Assembly: GCA_964432675.1 (NCBI GenBank)
Contig: CAYSOG010000002.1
Location: 6,975 to 70,974 of the forward strand
DNA: 64,000 nucleotides
Origin: an uncultured Gammaproteobacteria bacterium
GTDB lineage: Bacteria > Patescibacteriota > Microgenomatia > CAYSOG01
Reading direction: 5' to 3'
In this document: positions 38,529-47,456 of the stretch, one piece after another
Layout of the letters: every line of letters begins with the position of its first letter
How positions within the stretch are numbered: position 1 is the first letter of the stretch
Made by a program: the position numbers and the translations under genes
Notes under the pieces: model-generated
What the model was told of the DNA's origin: nothing
What the model saw: only the letters and a program-made list of their open reading frames with translations
Database searches by the model: none

Positions 38529-39179
38529 ATGCCCACCAAAAATGGATTTGGTACCCTTCTTATTGTTGGCGTTGGTGCAGTGGTTGTAGTAATCCTTTTA
38601 GGGATAATTTTAGCGCTGAACAAAACCTCGAATAAACCCAAACCGTCTGCATCACCGATTGAAACAGCAAAATCAACGAAAGAGGCAGAATTGATGCCAA
38701 GTACGACATTTAAGCCTGTGGCCACCAAGGCTGCCACTAATTCCGCAAGTAATATTTGGCGGACCTATTCTGGTAATGGTATCCAATTCCAATACCCGTC
38801 CAATTGGCATCTTACGACAAAGCCAATAGCAGGTGGCGGCAATGCCATCATCGTTTCGATCGCTAGCTCTTCGGCAAATGTCGCCCAAAGCTTATCGGTT
38901 GAAATCTACAATCCTGGTGGCACGACGCCACAAACTGCCGATGCAGCTTTTAGTGCATTAGGGTACACTAAAAGCAATATTATTATCAACAATGCCCCGG
39001 CAAGTAAATATCAGGGATATATCAATACGAACACGTTACCACTCCAAGAAACTGCTGTTGTGTTTATGGATAATAACAAGACCTACCAGATTACCTTTGA
39101 TTATTCTTCGCAGCAGTTTGATAGCCAAATCCAGCAAAACTTTACCAAATTTTTAGCCTCATTGCGAATATTACAATAG
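38529..39179 (+). CDS. Membrane-anchored PsbP/Mog1-like domain protein (copy 1)
   Basis: Pilin-like KNGFGTLLI TM, S/T/P linker, W.TY...F.YP.NW start, F..FL.SL end. Confidence 0.7.
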   Translation: MPTKNGFGTLLIVGVGAVVVVILLGIILALNKTSNKPKPSASPIETAKSTKEAELMPSTTFKPVATKAATNSASNIWRTYSGNGIQFQYPSNWHLTTKPIAGGGNAIIVSIASSSANVAQSLSVEIYNPGGTTPQTADAAFSALGYTKSNIIINNAPASKYQGYINTNTLPLQETAVVFMDNNKTYQITFDYSSQQFDSQIQQNFTKFLASLRILQ

Positions 39180-40181
39180 CCCTACTCCCGAAATAATTCC
39201 AAACACACTGTCAGTTGGCCGACTTTGGTCAATCGTACCGCCCCATTCAACTTCAGTAAAACCGATCCTTTGGGGCATTGTCATCGGTAAGATGAGCGGA
39301 TCAACTGAGATAGGCTCTTTAAGCGGCTTAAAGTAGGCTAAAAACTCAATTCTCGTATCCGGTGCGGGAGAAATAGTCACGTGGTCAGTTCGATCTTTTT
39401 CGATGGGGTCAATGACAGAAAATAAGATATACGGGCTATTTAACGCCTGCAATTTCGGCACCCAAAAGTCCAAAAATTCCCGTTGTTCATCTGGTCTCAG
39501 GCCGAATTGTCCAGTTAGCAACGTTAAGATCGGTGCAAGATCTGCAGCCTTGATAACGATGCCTGTAGTGGGCTTGATGGATGCATGTACTGATGATTCA
39601 TAATACAGTTCGCGATACGTCCGTGCCTTAAAGCTCAGTGTACCATCTGGACTGACCTCTACCCCAAACCAGCCATTACCATACAGCGGGTCGCTTTCGA
39701 CGATCGTACCGGGAATCGTTAGGGTGACATCTACTGCCAACGGCTTTGTGGGATATAAGTAGATCACCGGTTTTAACATACAATAATCTCCGTCACCTAA
39801 ATTAGAACAAACTTTTTGGCCGAATTGCTCGCACTTAAAGAGATTTTTTTGCCACGGCAGTAATCCTTGTGGATCCTTTACGCCAGCGCAATAGTGTCCT
39901 TGACAAGTGACAGTATAGTCAGGGCACTGACAATTCGGTGAAACCGGTATAGCGCTATCAGCGCTGCAAGTGTCGTTTGGTATGTAGGGTGGGGGTGAAG
40001 CGCTTGGCGTTGGTGAGGCAATTTGAAAGGTATCAAGCTGTAATCGTCTATTTGCCAGAGGTGTACCTTGCGGAGCACCGACGAGGGTTGCATGTGGCGA
40101 AGTTGTGGGTATCGCTGATGTACTGGTGAGTGAACAACCAACAAGGATGAACAGTGGTAAAAAATAAACGAGCTTTTTCAT
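39171..40181 (-). CDS. Cys-rich lipoprotein with KPVIYLYP...EWGG domain (copy 1)
   Basis: Lipobox LVGC; 8-Cys module; KPVIYLYP, LYYES, EFLDFW, EVEWGG. Confidence 0.8.
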   Translation of the reverse strand: MKKLVYFLPLFILVGCSLTSTSAIPTTSPHATLVGAPQGTPLANRRLQLDTFQIASPTPSASPPPYIPNDTCSADSAIPVSPNCQCPDYTVTCQGHYCAGVKDPQGLLPWQKNLFKCEQFGQKVCSNLGDGDYCMLKPVIYLYPTKPLAVDVTLTIPGTIVESDPLYGNGWFGVEVSPDGTLSFKARTYRELYYESSVHASIKPTTGIVIKAADLAPILTLLTGQFGLRPDEQREFLDFWVPKLQALNSPYILFSVIDPIEKDRTDHVTISPAPDTRIEFLAYFKPLKEPISVDPLILPMTMPQRIGFTEVEWGGTIDQSRPTDSVFGIISGVGLL

Positions 40182-40254
40182 AGCTATATTAATCATGTCC
40201 GTTCACCTTCATAAAGTCAAACTCAAACGACATCGTGTGTGATAGTATAGAATT

Positions 40255-40911
40255 ATGGCCAAAAAGGATGGGTTTGGGACGATTTTGATAATTGGCATTG
40301 GCGCAGTCGTTGTTATGGTGCTCGTGGCTATTATACTTTTCCTAAATCAGTCACATACCAAGCAAATTGCTTCGACCGCGAACGGTACTGCAATTACCGA
40401 ACCTGGCAGTGAAAATCAACACGCTGTCCAAACTCCAAGGCCGTCACCCAACAAAACCAGCAGTCCAACTGCAAGTAGCAGTGCGAGCTGGAAAACATAT
40501 ACTACTAACGGCATTTCACTCAAATATCCTAACGATTGGCTGGTAAGTGCAAACCCGGTTGTCGATGATCTAGGCACAACACTTTTCGTTGCTTCGCCTG
40601 ATACCAAAACGAACACTATATTCCGGGTATACCAATACGATGCAAGAAAGGTGTCACAAGAAAAAAGTGAAAATATCTTAACAGCCATAGGGCTTAAGAA
40701 ATCATCTACGGTGATAAACGGTGTCGCAACAGTGCAATACACCGGCACACTGTCAACAACACCATATCCGACCTATGAAAAAGTAATATTATTGACTTCT
40801 GGATCAAAATATTACCTAATCAAAATGTCTTACACCGCTCCAACTCCAAACAATGCAACATTAGCAGTTTTCCAAAACATTACCAATTCGTTACATTTGG
40901 AGATGGATTAG
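40255..40911 (+). CDS. Membrane-anchored PsbP/Mog1-like domain protein (copy 2)
   Basis: KDGFGTILI TM; WKTY..SLKYPNDW; paralog of 38529-39179. Confidence 0.7.
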   Translation: MAKKDGFGTILIIGIGAVVVMVLVAIILFLNQSHTKQIASTANGTAITEPGSENQHAVQTPRPSPNKTSSPTASSSASWKTYTTNGISLKYPNDWLVSANPVVDDLGTTLFVASPDTKTNTIFRVYQYDARKVSQEKSENILTAIGLKKSSTVINGVATVQYTGTLSTTPYPTYEKVILLTSGSKYYLIKMSYTAPTPNNATLAVFQNITNSLHLEMD

Positions 40912-40935
40912 CTTCGTGCAGCAAAAATAAATTCA

Positions 40936-41907
40936 TTACCGAACCAACCATTCAAGAAGCGTATTTTCCATGTTACTGCCATTATCGATTGTGCCGCCCC
41001 ATTCGACTGCAGTAAATCCTGACCGGGTTGGGATACTCGAGGGAAGTGATAATGGCGTGATTTGGGTAGGTGCTGCAAGTGGTTTAAAGTAGGCTAAAAA
41101 TTCAATCCACGTATCCGGTTTCGGTGAAATAGACACATGGTCGATGCGATCCTTTTCAATTGGGTCAATGATTGAAAACAGGATGTATGGACTATTTACG
41201 GCTTCCAGTTTTGGCACCCAATAATCCAAGAATTCCTGTTGTTCCGATGGCATTAGTCCAAGTTGCGAGGTAATAAGCGTGAGCATTGGTTTTAGCTGCT
41301 TAGTCTCGAGAATAATACCGCTAGTTGGTTTTCGAACTGTATCTACACCTGATTCATAATATAACTCTTTATACGCTTTTGACCGATACTCAAGCGAGCC
41401 ATTTGGATGCGCTAATACACCAAACCAGCCGTTCCCGTAGAATGGATCGCTTACCACGATTTTACCTGGTACGGTTACATTAACGTCCACTAGAGTATCT
41501 TTGACTGGATATAAATAGATAACTGGCTTAGCAACACAATAATGGCCATCGGCCCGGTTTTCACAAACTATGCCGTATTGCTGGCATGCCCCGCTTGTGC
41601 AAACCCCACCCGTGCAATATAAACCCTGGTCACCGCCTGAGCAATAGCAACTGCCATCGGTCGGCGTACCGGTGTCTGAGGGACATTGCCCCTGGGGCAC
41701 ACCAGGTGACGATGGCTGGGGTGTAGCCGAAGGGGTAGTAATTGCTATTTTAAATGTGTCCATTTCAAGTCTTTTGTTGGATTCACCGCTAGGCACGCCA
41801 ACAATTGTGCGATTTGGCGTAGCAGAGGGTTGTGGGGTATTGGCAGAACCGGTAATAGAACAGCTTGTCAGTAATAGGCCAAAAAACAACCAGCAAAATC
41901 GTTTCAT
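40936..41907 (-). CDS. Cys-rich lipoprotein with KPVIYLYP...EWGG domain (copy 2)
   Basis: Probable start MKRFCW at 41907; lipobox LTSC; 8-Cys module; KPVIYLYP; AVEWGG. Confidence 0.8.
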   Translation of the reverse strand: MKRFCWLFFGLLLTSCSITGSANTPQPSATPNRTIVGVPSGESNKRLEMDTFKIAITTPSATPQPSSPGVPQGQCPSDTGTPTDGSCYCSGGDQGLYCTGGVCTSGACQQYGIVCENRADGHYCVAKPVIYLYPVKDTLVDVNVTVPGKIVVSDPFYGNGWFGVLAHPNGSLEYRSKAYKELYYESGVDTVRKPTSGIILETKQLKPMLTLITSQLGLMPSEQQEFLDYWVPKLEAVNSPYILFSIIDPIEKDRIDHVSISPKPDTWIEFLAYFKPLAAPTQITPLSLPSSIPTRSGFTAVEWGGTIDNGSNMENTLLEWLVR

Positions 41908-41981
41908 ATGGTACCTTCTATATTGCCTTGGAATGCCCATTGTAGTCAATTGTCTATTCTGTGCAAAAGAACGATATGGCC

Positions 41982-42962
41982 CTATTGTAGGAAAGGAAGT
42001 GGGAAAGGTGATGGTTGCAATGGCGTGGTATCTATGGTACCGCCCCATTCGACTGCGGTAAAACCGTTTCGTACAGGAACTGATGACAACTGAAGCGGCG
42101 TTATTTGGACTGGTGTTACAAGTGGTTTGAAGTAGGCTAAAAACTGGATTTTCGTATCCGGTGCTGGCGTTATAGCAACATGGTCGATCTTTTCCTTCTC
42201 GACAGGGTCGATTAAAGAGAAAAGGACGTACGGCGAGTGAAGCGCTTGTAACTTCGGTAGCCAAAATGCTAGGAATTCCTGTTGTTCAGGCTCGGTTAAT
42301 CCTAACTGGCTGGTTAAAATAGATAATATCTGCGGTAATTGTTCTGTCTTGATAACTATGCCGTTTGTCGGCTTTTGGAACTGTGTAATAGCGGTTTCGT
42401 AGTATAATTCTTTGTATTGCTTCCCTTGATACGAGAGTGTTCCACTTGGATAAGCCAAAACGTTTTCCCAACCGATACCGTAGTCCGGATCGCTTACGAC
42501 GATCCTTCCTGGCGTTTGCACCTCTACAGAAACCAACATTGGTTTGCTCGGATAAAGATAGACCACAGGTTTTCCAAGGCAAAAGGTTCCACTACCGCTA
42601 CCGGTTAGGTCAGGCATCGTACACCACTGGCCGGGAGCGCCAGAACAGTCTTGTGGTGGCAATCCGTTACTTGGTGTAACCACTTTTTCGCATTGGTGGT
42701 CTTTGCAAGTTACAAGCCATACTTGACATTCACACCCAGGGCCAGCCGGTTTTCCAGCATCGTGGTTACAGTTGTCACCAGGAGTTGGGCTGGGCAAACG
42801 AAACGTATCAAGCTGTAAACGCCGGTTAGCTTGCGCATTATCATTTGGTAAACCAACCGTTGTTTGGGCAGGTGTCGCGTGGGGTAGGGGACTGCTACCA
42901 TCGCCGGTAAGCGAACAGCCGGTTAATAAAAAAACTGCTGAGAGAAGATATATTTTTTGCAT
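41982..42962 (-). CDS. Cys-rich lipoprotein with KPVIYLYP...EWGG domain (copy 3)
   Basis: Lipobox LTGC; 8-Cys module; KPVVYLYP; AVEWGG. Confidence 0.8.
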   Translation of the reverse strand: MQKIYLLSAVFLLTGCSLTGDGSSPLPHATPAQTTVGLPNDNAQANRRLQLDTFRLPSPTPGDNCNHDAGKPAGPGCECQVWLVTCKDHQCEKVVTPSNGLPPQDCSGAPGQWCTMPDLTGSGSGTFCLGKPVVYLYPSKPMLVSVEVQTPGRIVVSDPDYGIGWENVLAYPSGTLSYQGKQYKELYYETAITQFQKPTNGIVIKTEQLPQILSILTSQLGLTEPEQQEFLAFWLPKLQALHSPYVLFSLIDPVEKEKIDHVAITPAPDTKIQFLAYFKPLVTPVQITPLQLSSVPVRNGFTAVEWGGTIDTTPLQPSPFPLPFLQ

Positions 42963-43066
42963 GGTTCATATTTATTGTTGCGTATTTGTGTTATTCATGT
43001 CAAATGATAATCCAAGCCGAAACTGGCAGCTCATAAATGAGCAAGGTCGACTTTTTCCATAACCAG

Positions 43067-43096
43067 GTTTGACACAACGTATATATTATGTCAAAT
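43067..43096. other. dif-like (Xer) site candidate
   Basis: GTTTGACACAA-cgtatata-TTATGTCAAAT; right arm matches the XerD arm TTATGTTAAAT at 10/11. Confidence 0.45.
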
Positions 43097-43110
43097 GCCT
43101 CAAGCATTCG

Positions 43111-43139
43111 TTGACTTTCAGGAAAGGTTTTCATATAAT
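43111..43139 (+). promoter_or_regulatory. Sigma70 promoter for rpmF-nusB-rnc
   Basis: TTGACT-17 nt-TATAAT. Confidence 0.8.
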
Positions 43140-43239
43140 TACGTCTGAAAGGTTATAAAAAGGTTATTTGGTCGTTTGCATGCTCACTCATAAAGCTAGT
43201 GGGTAGCCAAACCATCAAATCCCTCTAAAAATCTCGTTT

Positions 43240-43407
43240 ATGACACCGCTTCCAAAGAAAAGACATAGTAAGTCACGCAAAAACATTCGCCGTGGTGCGA
43301 TTAAGCTTATGGTACCCAATTTGGTACTTTGTGCTAATTGTGGTGCGCCAAAATTACCGCATACAGAATGTAAAAAGTGCGGTGCTTATAAAGCTGCCAG
43401 TGCCTAA
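43240..43407 (+). CDS. rpmF: 50S ribosomal protein L32 (zinc-ribbon type), not in ORF track
   Basis: MTPLPKKRHSKSRKNIRR..CANCG..LPH..CKKCGAY. Confidence 0.93.
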   Translation: MTPLPKKRHSKSRKNIRRGAIKLMVPNLVLCANCGAPKLPHTECKKCGAYKAASA

Positions 43408-43456
43408 ACGCTTCACCTTACTATTGCACTAAGCCTTATATCGGCTTAATTAAAAA

Positions 43457-43876
43457 ATGAAGAAGAAAACCGACCCCAGGCATCAAGCCCGAAGACAAGT
43501 TGTCCAAAGCCTCTTTGAATGGGGTTTTCGTGGTGAAATGCACGAAGGTGATGAGAAAGCCCAAGCGATTGTAGCAATTATCCCTAGTCTAGACGCCATT
43601 ATCCAAAAAAGCGCGCCACAATGGCCACTTGACCAAATTAATAAGGTTGATTTGGCTGTCTTACGCTTGGCGATGTACGAATTATTAGTTGATATCCAAG
43701 CACCACCAAAGGTGATTATTGATGAAGCAATCGAACTTGCAAAGGAACTAGGTACCGACTCTTCCGGCAGTTTCATTAATGGTGTCTTAGGGAATGTCAT
43801 GAATAATTTTACGGCCTACCAACAAACTTTAGAGGCCGACGGTATAACAATAAGAAAGGAAAATCTCGCAGGGTGA
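43457..43876 (+). CDS. nusB: Transcription antitermination factor NusB
   Basis: RHQAR, W.LDQI..VD.AVLRLA.YE, PPKVIIDEAIELAK..S.SFINGVL. Confidence 0.95.
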   Translation: MKKKTDPRHQARRQVVQSLFEWGFRGEMHEGDEKAQAIVAIIPSLDAIIQKSAPQWPLDQINKVDLAVLRLAMYELLVDIQAPPKVIIDEAIELAKELGTDSSGSFINGVLGNVMNNFTAYQQTLEADGITIRKENLAG

Positions 43877-43952
43877 AGGGGAAAGCGCAAAGGTACAAGT
43901 GCTAATCGCATAATCATCCCTTAACGCTTTACCCTTTTCCCTAGACAAAAAT

Positions 43953-44642
43953 ATGGAAACTAATTTCGCGCAGCTTGAAAAAGAAATGGGCATTACTATT
44001 AATGACCCCAAAATCATTGAACTGGCTTTTATCCACCGGTCATACTTAAACGAAAATAAGGCATACCAACAGTCAAATGAGCGCCTTGAATACCTAGGCG
44101 ATGCGATCTTATCGTTTGTTGTGGCATTGCATTTATTTAATCGTTTTCCTGAGGCCACCGAAGGGGAGTTGACCAATTACCGTGCAAGCTTAGTATCACG
44201 GAAATTTTTGGGCAATGTGGGCAATGATCTTAAGCTTGGCCAATACCTTCGTTTGGCAAAAGGGGAAGAAGAAGCTAATGGCCGCAATAACTTGACTTTA
44301 CTTTCTAACACCTATGAGGCGTTGATTGGGGCGATATTTTTAGACCAAGGGATCAAAGCGACCACTGAGATTATTGAGAAGCATGTTCTTTCATCAATTG
44401 ACGATATTGTTGAAAACAAGCTCTACCGCGATAACAAAAGTGCTTTACAAGAAAAAGCCCAAAGCCAATACCGCAAACCACCGGTTTACCATGTTGTTAA
44501 GGAAGAAGGCCCTGAACACGCTAAAGTATTTACAGTTTCAGTTTCGATTAACGGTGAAGTTATGGGCACAGGGAATGGCAAAAGTAAACAGCAGGCCGAG
44601 CAAGACGCCGCCCGCCTGGCTTTAGAAAAATTAACAACGTAA
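43953..44642 (+). CDS. rnc: Ribonuclease III
   Basis: HRSY, NERLEYLGDA, EGELT, YEALIGAIFLD, C-terminal dsRBD. Confidence 0.96.
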   Translation: METNFAQLEKEMGITINDPKIIELAFIHRSYLNENKAYQQSNERLEYLGDAILSFVVALHLFNRFPEATEGELTNYRASLVSRKFLGNVGNDLKLGQYLRLAKGEEEANGRNNLTLLSNTYEALIGAIFLDQGIKATTEIIEKHVLSSIDDIVENKLYRDNKSALQEKAQSQYRKPPVYHVVKEEGPEHAKVFTVSVSINGEVMGTGNGKSKQQAEQDAARLALEKLTT

Positions 44643-44780
44643 ATCTTATCCCCGTTTTCATTGTAACTACGCCCATTTTTTGCTATTATTTGCCTACTCA
44701 CAAGCAATTTTGTGAGAAATTTTTGCACGTTAACTGATTATTTACCGTTTAAAAAGCATCACAAAGCAAGGAGTGTCTTA

Positions 44781-45254
44781 ATGCTCAGTCCTCAAATGAC
44801 TTTTTATTCCATTATGTGCCGTACAGGCGTCGAAGCGGTTGACCTGGTATTAAGGGAAATTGAACGCCAGGGCGGCCAACCGCCAGACCGTGATCGCGTA
44901 TTGATACAGGTCTGGAAAGCCTTTAACGACTTTATGCCCAACGAAACACCGTCATATAAGGATATTACCTTATGTCAACAATTGGGTATCGATATACCAA
45001 GGCAACATGGCAATAGCGAAGTACAACTTTTGGTAAAAGAGTCACAATTTCTTGGTAAGCTTTGTGATCTTATCATTGATGACAAAGATGAGTTACCAAA
45101 CAAATCTTCTACACCACTTCGGCTTATTATGATGGTCAAGGGCCCCCAAGTGGGTAATCTTGGCATCGAGCGGCTTACCAACCTCGGCGCTGAAACAGTA
45201 TTGGCAACGTACCATCTAGTCGAAGAAATGATACACGAAATGGTCAAGGTGTAG
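44781..45254 (+). CDS. Hypothetical protein
   Basis: AAGGAG SD before ATG 44781. Confidence 0.65.
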   Translation: MLSPQMTFYSIMCRTGVEAVDLVLREIERQGGQPPDRDRVLIQVWKAFNDFMPNETPSYKDITLCQQLGIDIPRQHGNSEVQLLVKESQFLGKLCDLIIDDKDELPNKSSTPLRLIMMVKGPQVGNLGIERLTNLGAETVLATYHLVEEMIHEMVKV

Positions 45255-45278
45255 CTTTCTTACAAAAGGAGAAGCAAC

Positions 45279-45806
45279 ATGGTAAGCCAAGTAAAAACGT
45301 CGATGTTTCGTAAACATGCAGAACGAATAGCAGCCGAGGTGATCGACGAACGATTGCAATTGTGCAAACCTACTTCTTACCGAGGTATTGTTGGTGCGCG
45401 GGCGATTGAAGAAGCAAAAGATGACTTAATAGAGATGGTGAAGTCTGAATTCGATAAGCTCGTACCGCATCGATCATACGTTGAAATGCTCATGAAACTT
45501 TGCATATGGATGCAAGATAACTTTAGCCAATTGACTGATACAAGGCCAGTCCTGCCAGCAGATCTTGCTACGACGACAACTAGGGTAACGGTAGCACTGG
45601 CTCAGCTGATAGTCACTGTTAAGCCGGACCAAGGAATTACCGCAGCGGAAATTTTACACTATTTCCTAATCATCCGCGACGAGGATTTAGAAGCCATGCC
45701 GCCCGAATTGCTCGTTTCCCTAGGTGAGCTACTTGCAAGTAGTGTTCGCCAGTTTGTTGAAATTATTTTTGACCTTCATGGTTTCGGCCTATCGGTTAAG
45801 AACTAA
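45279..45806 (+). CDS. Hypothetical protein, possible distant paralog of 44781-45254
   Basis: AAGGAG SD; terminator at 45812-45850. Confidence 0.65.
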   Translation: MVSQVKTSMFRKHAERIAAEVIDERLQLCKPTSYRGIVGARAIEEAKDDLIEMVKSEFDKLVPHRSYVEMLMKLCIWMQDNFSQLTDTRPVLPADLATTTTRVTVALAQLIVTVKPDQGITAAEILHYFLIIRDEDLEAMPPELLVSLGELLASSVRQFVEIIFDLHGFGLSVKN

Positions 45807-45941
45807 ACTTTACGCCACGTTCATGTAAACTGAGCGTGGCGTTTTTTATTTAGTATTCTTTGAGAATCTTCATACGCTTTAAGGCGTTGACGAATAGAAC
45901 TAGTTTCAGGTAAAATTAGACAGTCAGAATACAAAAAACCT

Positions 45942-46466
45942 ATGGTTACAATCCGTCTCACAAGAACTGGTGCTAAAAAACAGCCGAGCTATCGGATTAT
46001 TGTCACGCCGAAACGTTATAAGCGCGATGGCAAATATATTGCCAAACTCGGCTATTATAATCCGCTTACACAGCCAGCCACTGTGGTTGTTGACCGTGAA
46101 CAATTCGATTATTGGATGAAAAATGGCGCCCAACCGACCGACGTTATTAAGCGCATTGTGCTGGGTATTAAAGGCACAAAAAAGCGCGCACCAAAAGTAA
46201 AAGCAGAAACCACTGAAGCGCCAAAGGCTCAAGCCGCTGCAACTGAACCCGCAGCTGCACCACAAGCCGCTGCTCCGACAGCTGAGCCAGAACAATCGGC
46301 CCAAGAGCCCACAGAACAAGTAGCTACCCAAACCGAACCTGCCACAGATGAAGCTCCACCCCAACAAGCAGAAGGGCCAACAGACGAAGAAGAAAGTGGG
46401 AAAGAGCAAGCAAACACGGAAAATGAACCTGAAGGGAAAGAAGCCAAAGAAGAACAAAGTTCTTAA
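45942..46466 (+). CDS. rpsP: 30S ribosomal protein S16 with long Ala/Glu-rich tail
   Basis: MVTIRL.R.G.KKQP.YRI..RDGK.I..LG.YNP..W..NGAQPT. Confidence 0.95.
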   Translation: MVTIRLTRTGAKKQPSYRIIVTPKRYKRDGKYIAKLGYYNPLTQPATVVVDREQFDYWMKNGAQPTDVIKRIVLGIKGTKKRAPKVKAETTEAPKAQAAATEPAAAPQAAAPTAEPEQSAQEPTEQVATQTEPATDEAPPQQAEGPTDEEESGKEQANTENEPEGKEAKEEQSS

Positions 46467-46501
46467 CTAGTTGTTATCGAATACCTAATACCTTTCTATC
46501 T

Positions 46502-46735
46502 ATGGATGACCTCTTAAAATTAATCGTTACGGCAATCGTCAGTCAACCTAAGAAATTATCTATTGCAAAAGACCAAACTGATAGTGCTGTTACGTTTACC
46601 GTTAAAGCCTCACAAGAAGATATTGGCAAAATCATTGGTAAGAGCGGTAAAACGATTAAGGCAATCCGCGCCATTCTTAAAATCGTTGCCGAGCAACAAC
46701 ACCAGTGGGTCAATATAGAAGTAGAAGAGGCATAA
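46502..46735 (+). CDS. khpA: KH-domain RNA-binding protein
   Basis: DIGKIIGKSGKTIKAIR; position after rpsP. Confidence 0.88.
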   Translation: MDDLLKLIVTAIVSQPKKLSIAKDQTDSAVTFTVKASQEDIGKIIGKSGKTIKAIRAILKIVAEQQHQWVNIEVEEA

Positions 46736-46766
46736 AGACCAGTTTTGCTTAACTCTTTCCGCTTTT

Positions 46767-47426
46767 ATGATAATTGACATCCTCACTCTTTTTCCTGAAA
46801 TGTTCCACGGGCCGTTTGATGAAAGTATTATCAAGCGGGCAAAACAAAAGGGCTTAGTAACAATCAATCTCCATAATATCCGCGATCATGCAACTGACAA
46901 GCATAAAACAGTTGATGACACCCCGTTTGGTGGAGGGGCAGGTATGCTTATGAAGGTTGATGTTTTGGTTTCGGCTTTAGAAAGTGTTACCAAAAGTACA
47001 TTACCAAGCAAGCAACCTGGAAGTAAAATTGTCCTGCTTTCTGCGAAAGGGCAAACGTTTAACCAAGCAAAAGCTAGAGAATTCGCAAGTCTGGACCATC
47101 TCGTTCTGGTAGCAGGCCATTATGAAGGCGTTGACGAACGCCTGGTAGCATTTATTGACGAAGAAATTTCAATCGGCGATTATATCCTAACCGGCGGTGA
47201 ACTCGGCGCTATGGTCATAACAGACGCAATCACAAGGCTTATTCCGGGTGCTATCTCCGAAGCTTCTATTACCGAAGAATCATTTGCCACACCAGGCATT
47301 TTGGAATATCCACAATATACCAAACCCGCCGAATTTCGAGGCCAACGAGTGCCAGATGTCTTACTTTCCGGCAACCACCAAGCCATCCAAAAATGGCGAA
47401 AGGATATGTCCAAGAAAAAGGGCTAA
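46767..47426 (+). CDS. trmD: tRNA (guanine37-N1)-methyltransferase
   Basis: TLFPEMF, VDDTPFGGGAGM, GHYEGVDER, SIGDYILTGGE, EYPQYTKP. Confidence 0.97.
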   Translation: MIIDILTLFPEMFHGPFDESIIKRAKQKGLVTINLHNIRDHATDKHKTVDDTPFGGGAGMLMKVDVLVSALESVTKSTLPSKQPGSKIVLLSAKGQTFNQAKAREFASLDHLVLVAGHYEGVDERLVAFIDEEISIGDYILTGGELGAMVITDAITRLIPGAISEASITEESFATPGILEYPQYTKPAEFRGQRVPDVLLSGNHQAIQKWRKDMSKKKG

Positions 47427-47456
47427 TCAGTATAGTTTGTCGATATGACCTAAGCC

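Noticed and set aside
41908-42264. N-terminal extension of ORF 40936..42264
   Set aside because: Overlaps the 3' end of the neighbouring paralog in another frame; the lipoprotein signal starts at 41907
38529-42962. Diversity-generating retroelement as the source of lipoprotein variation
   Set aside because: No reverse transcriptase or TR/VR pair differing at adenines was seen in the window, and the variation includes length changes
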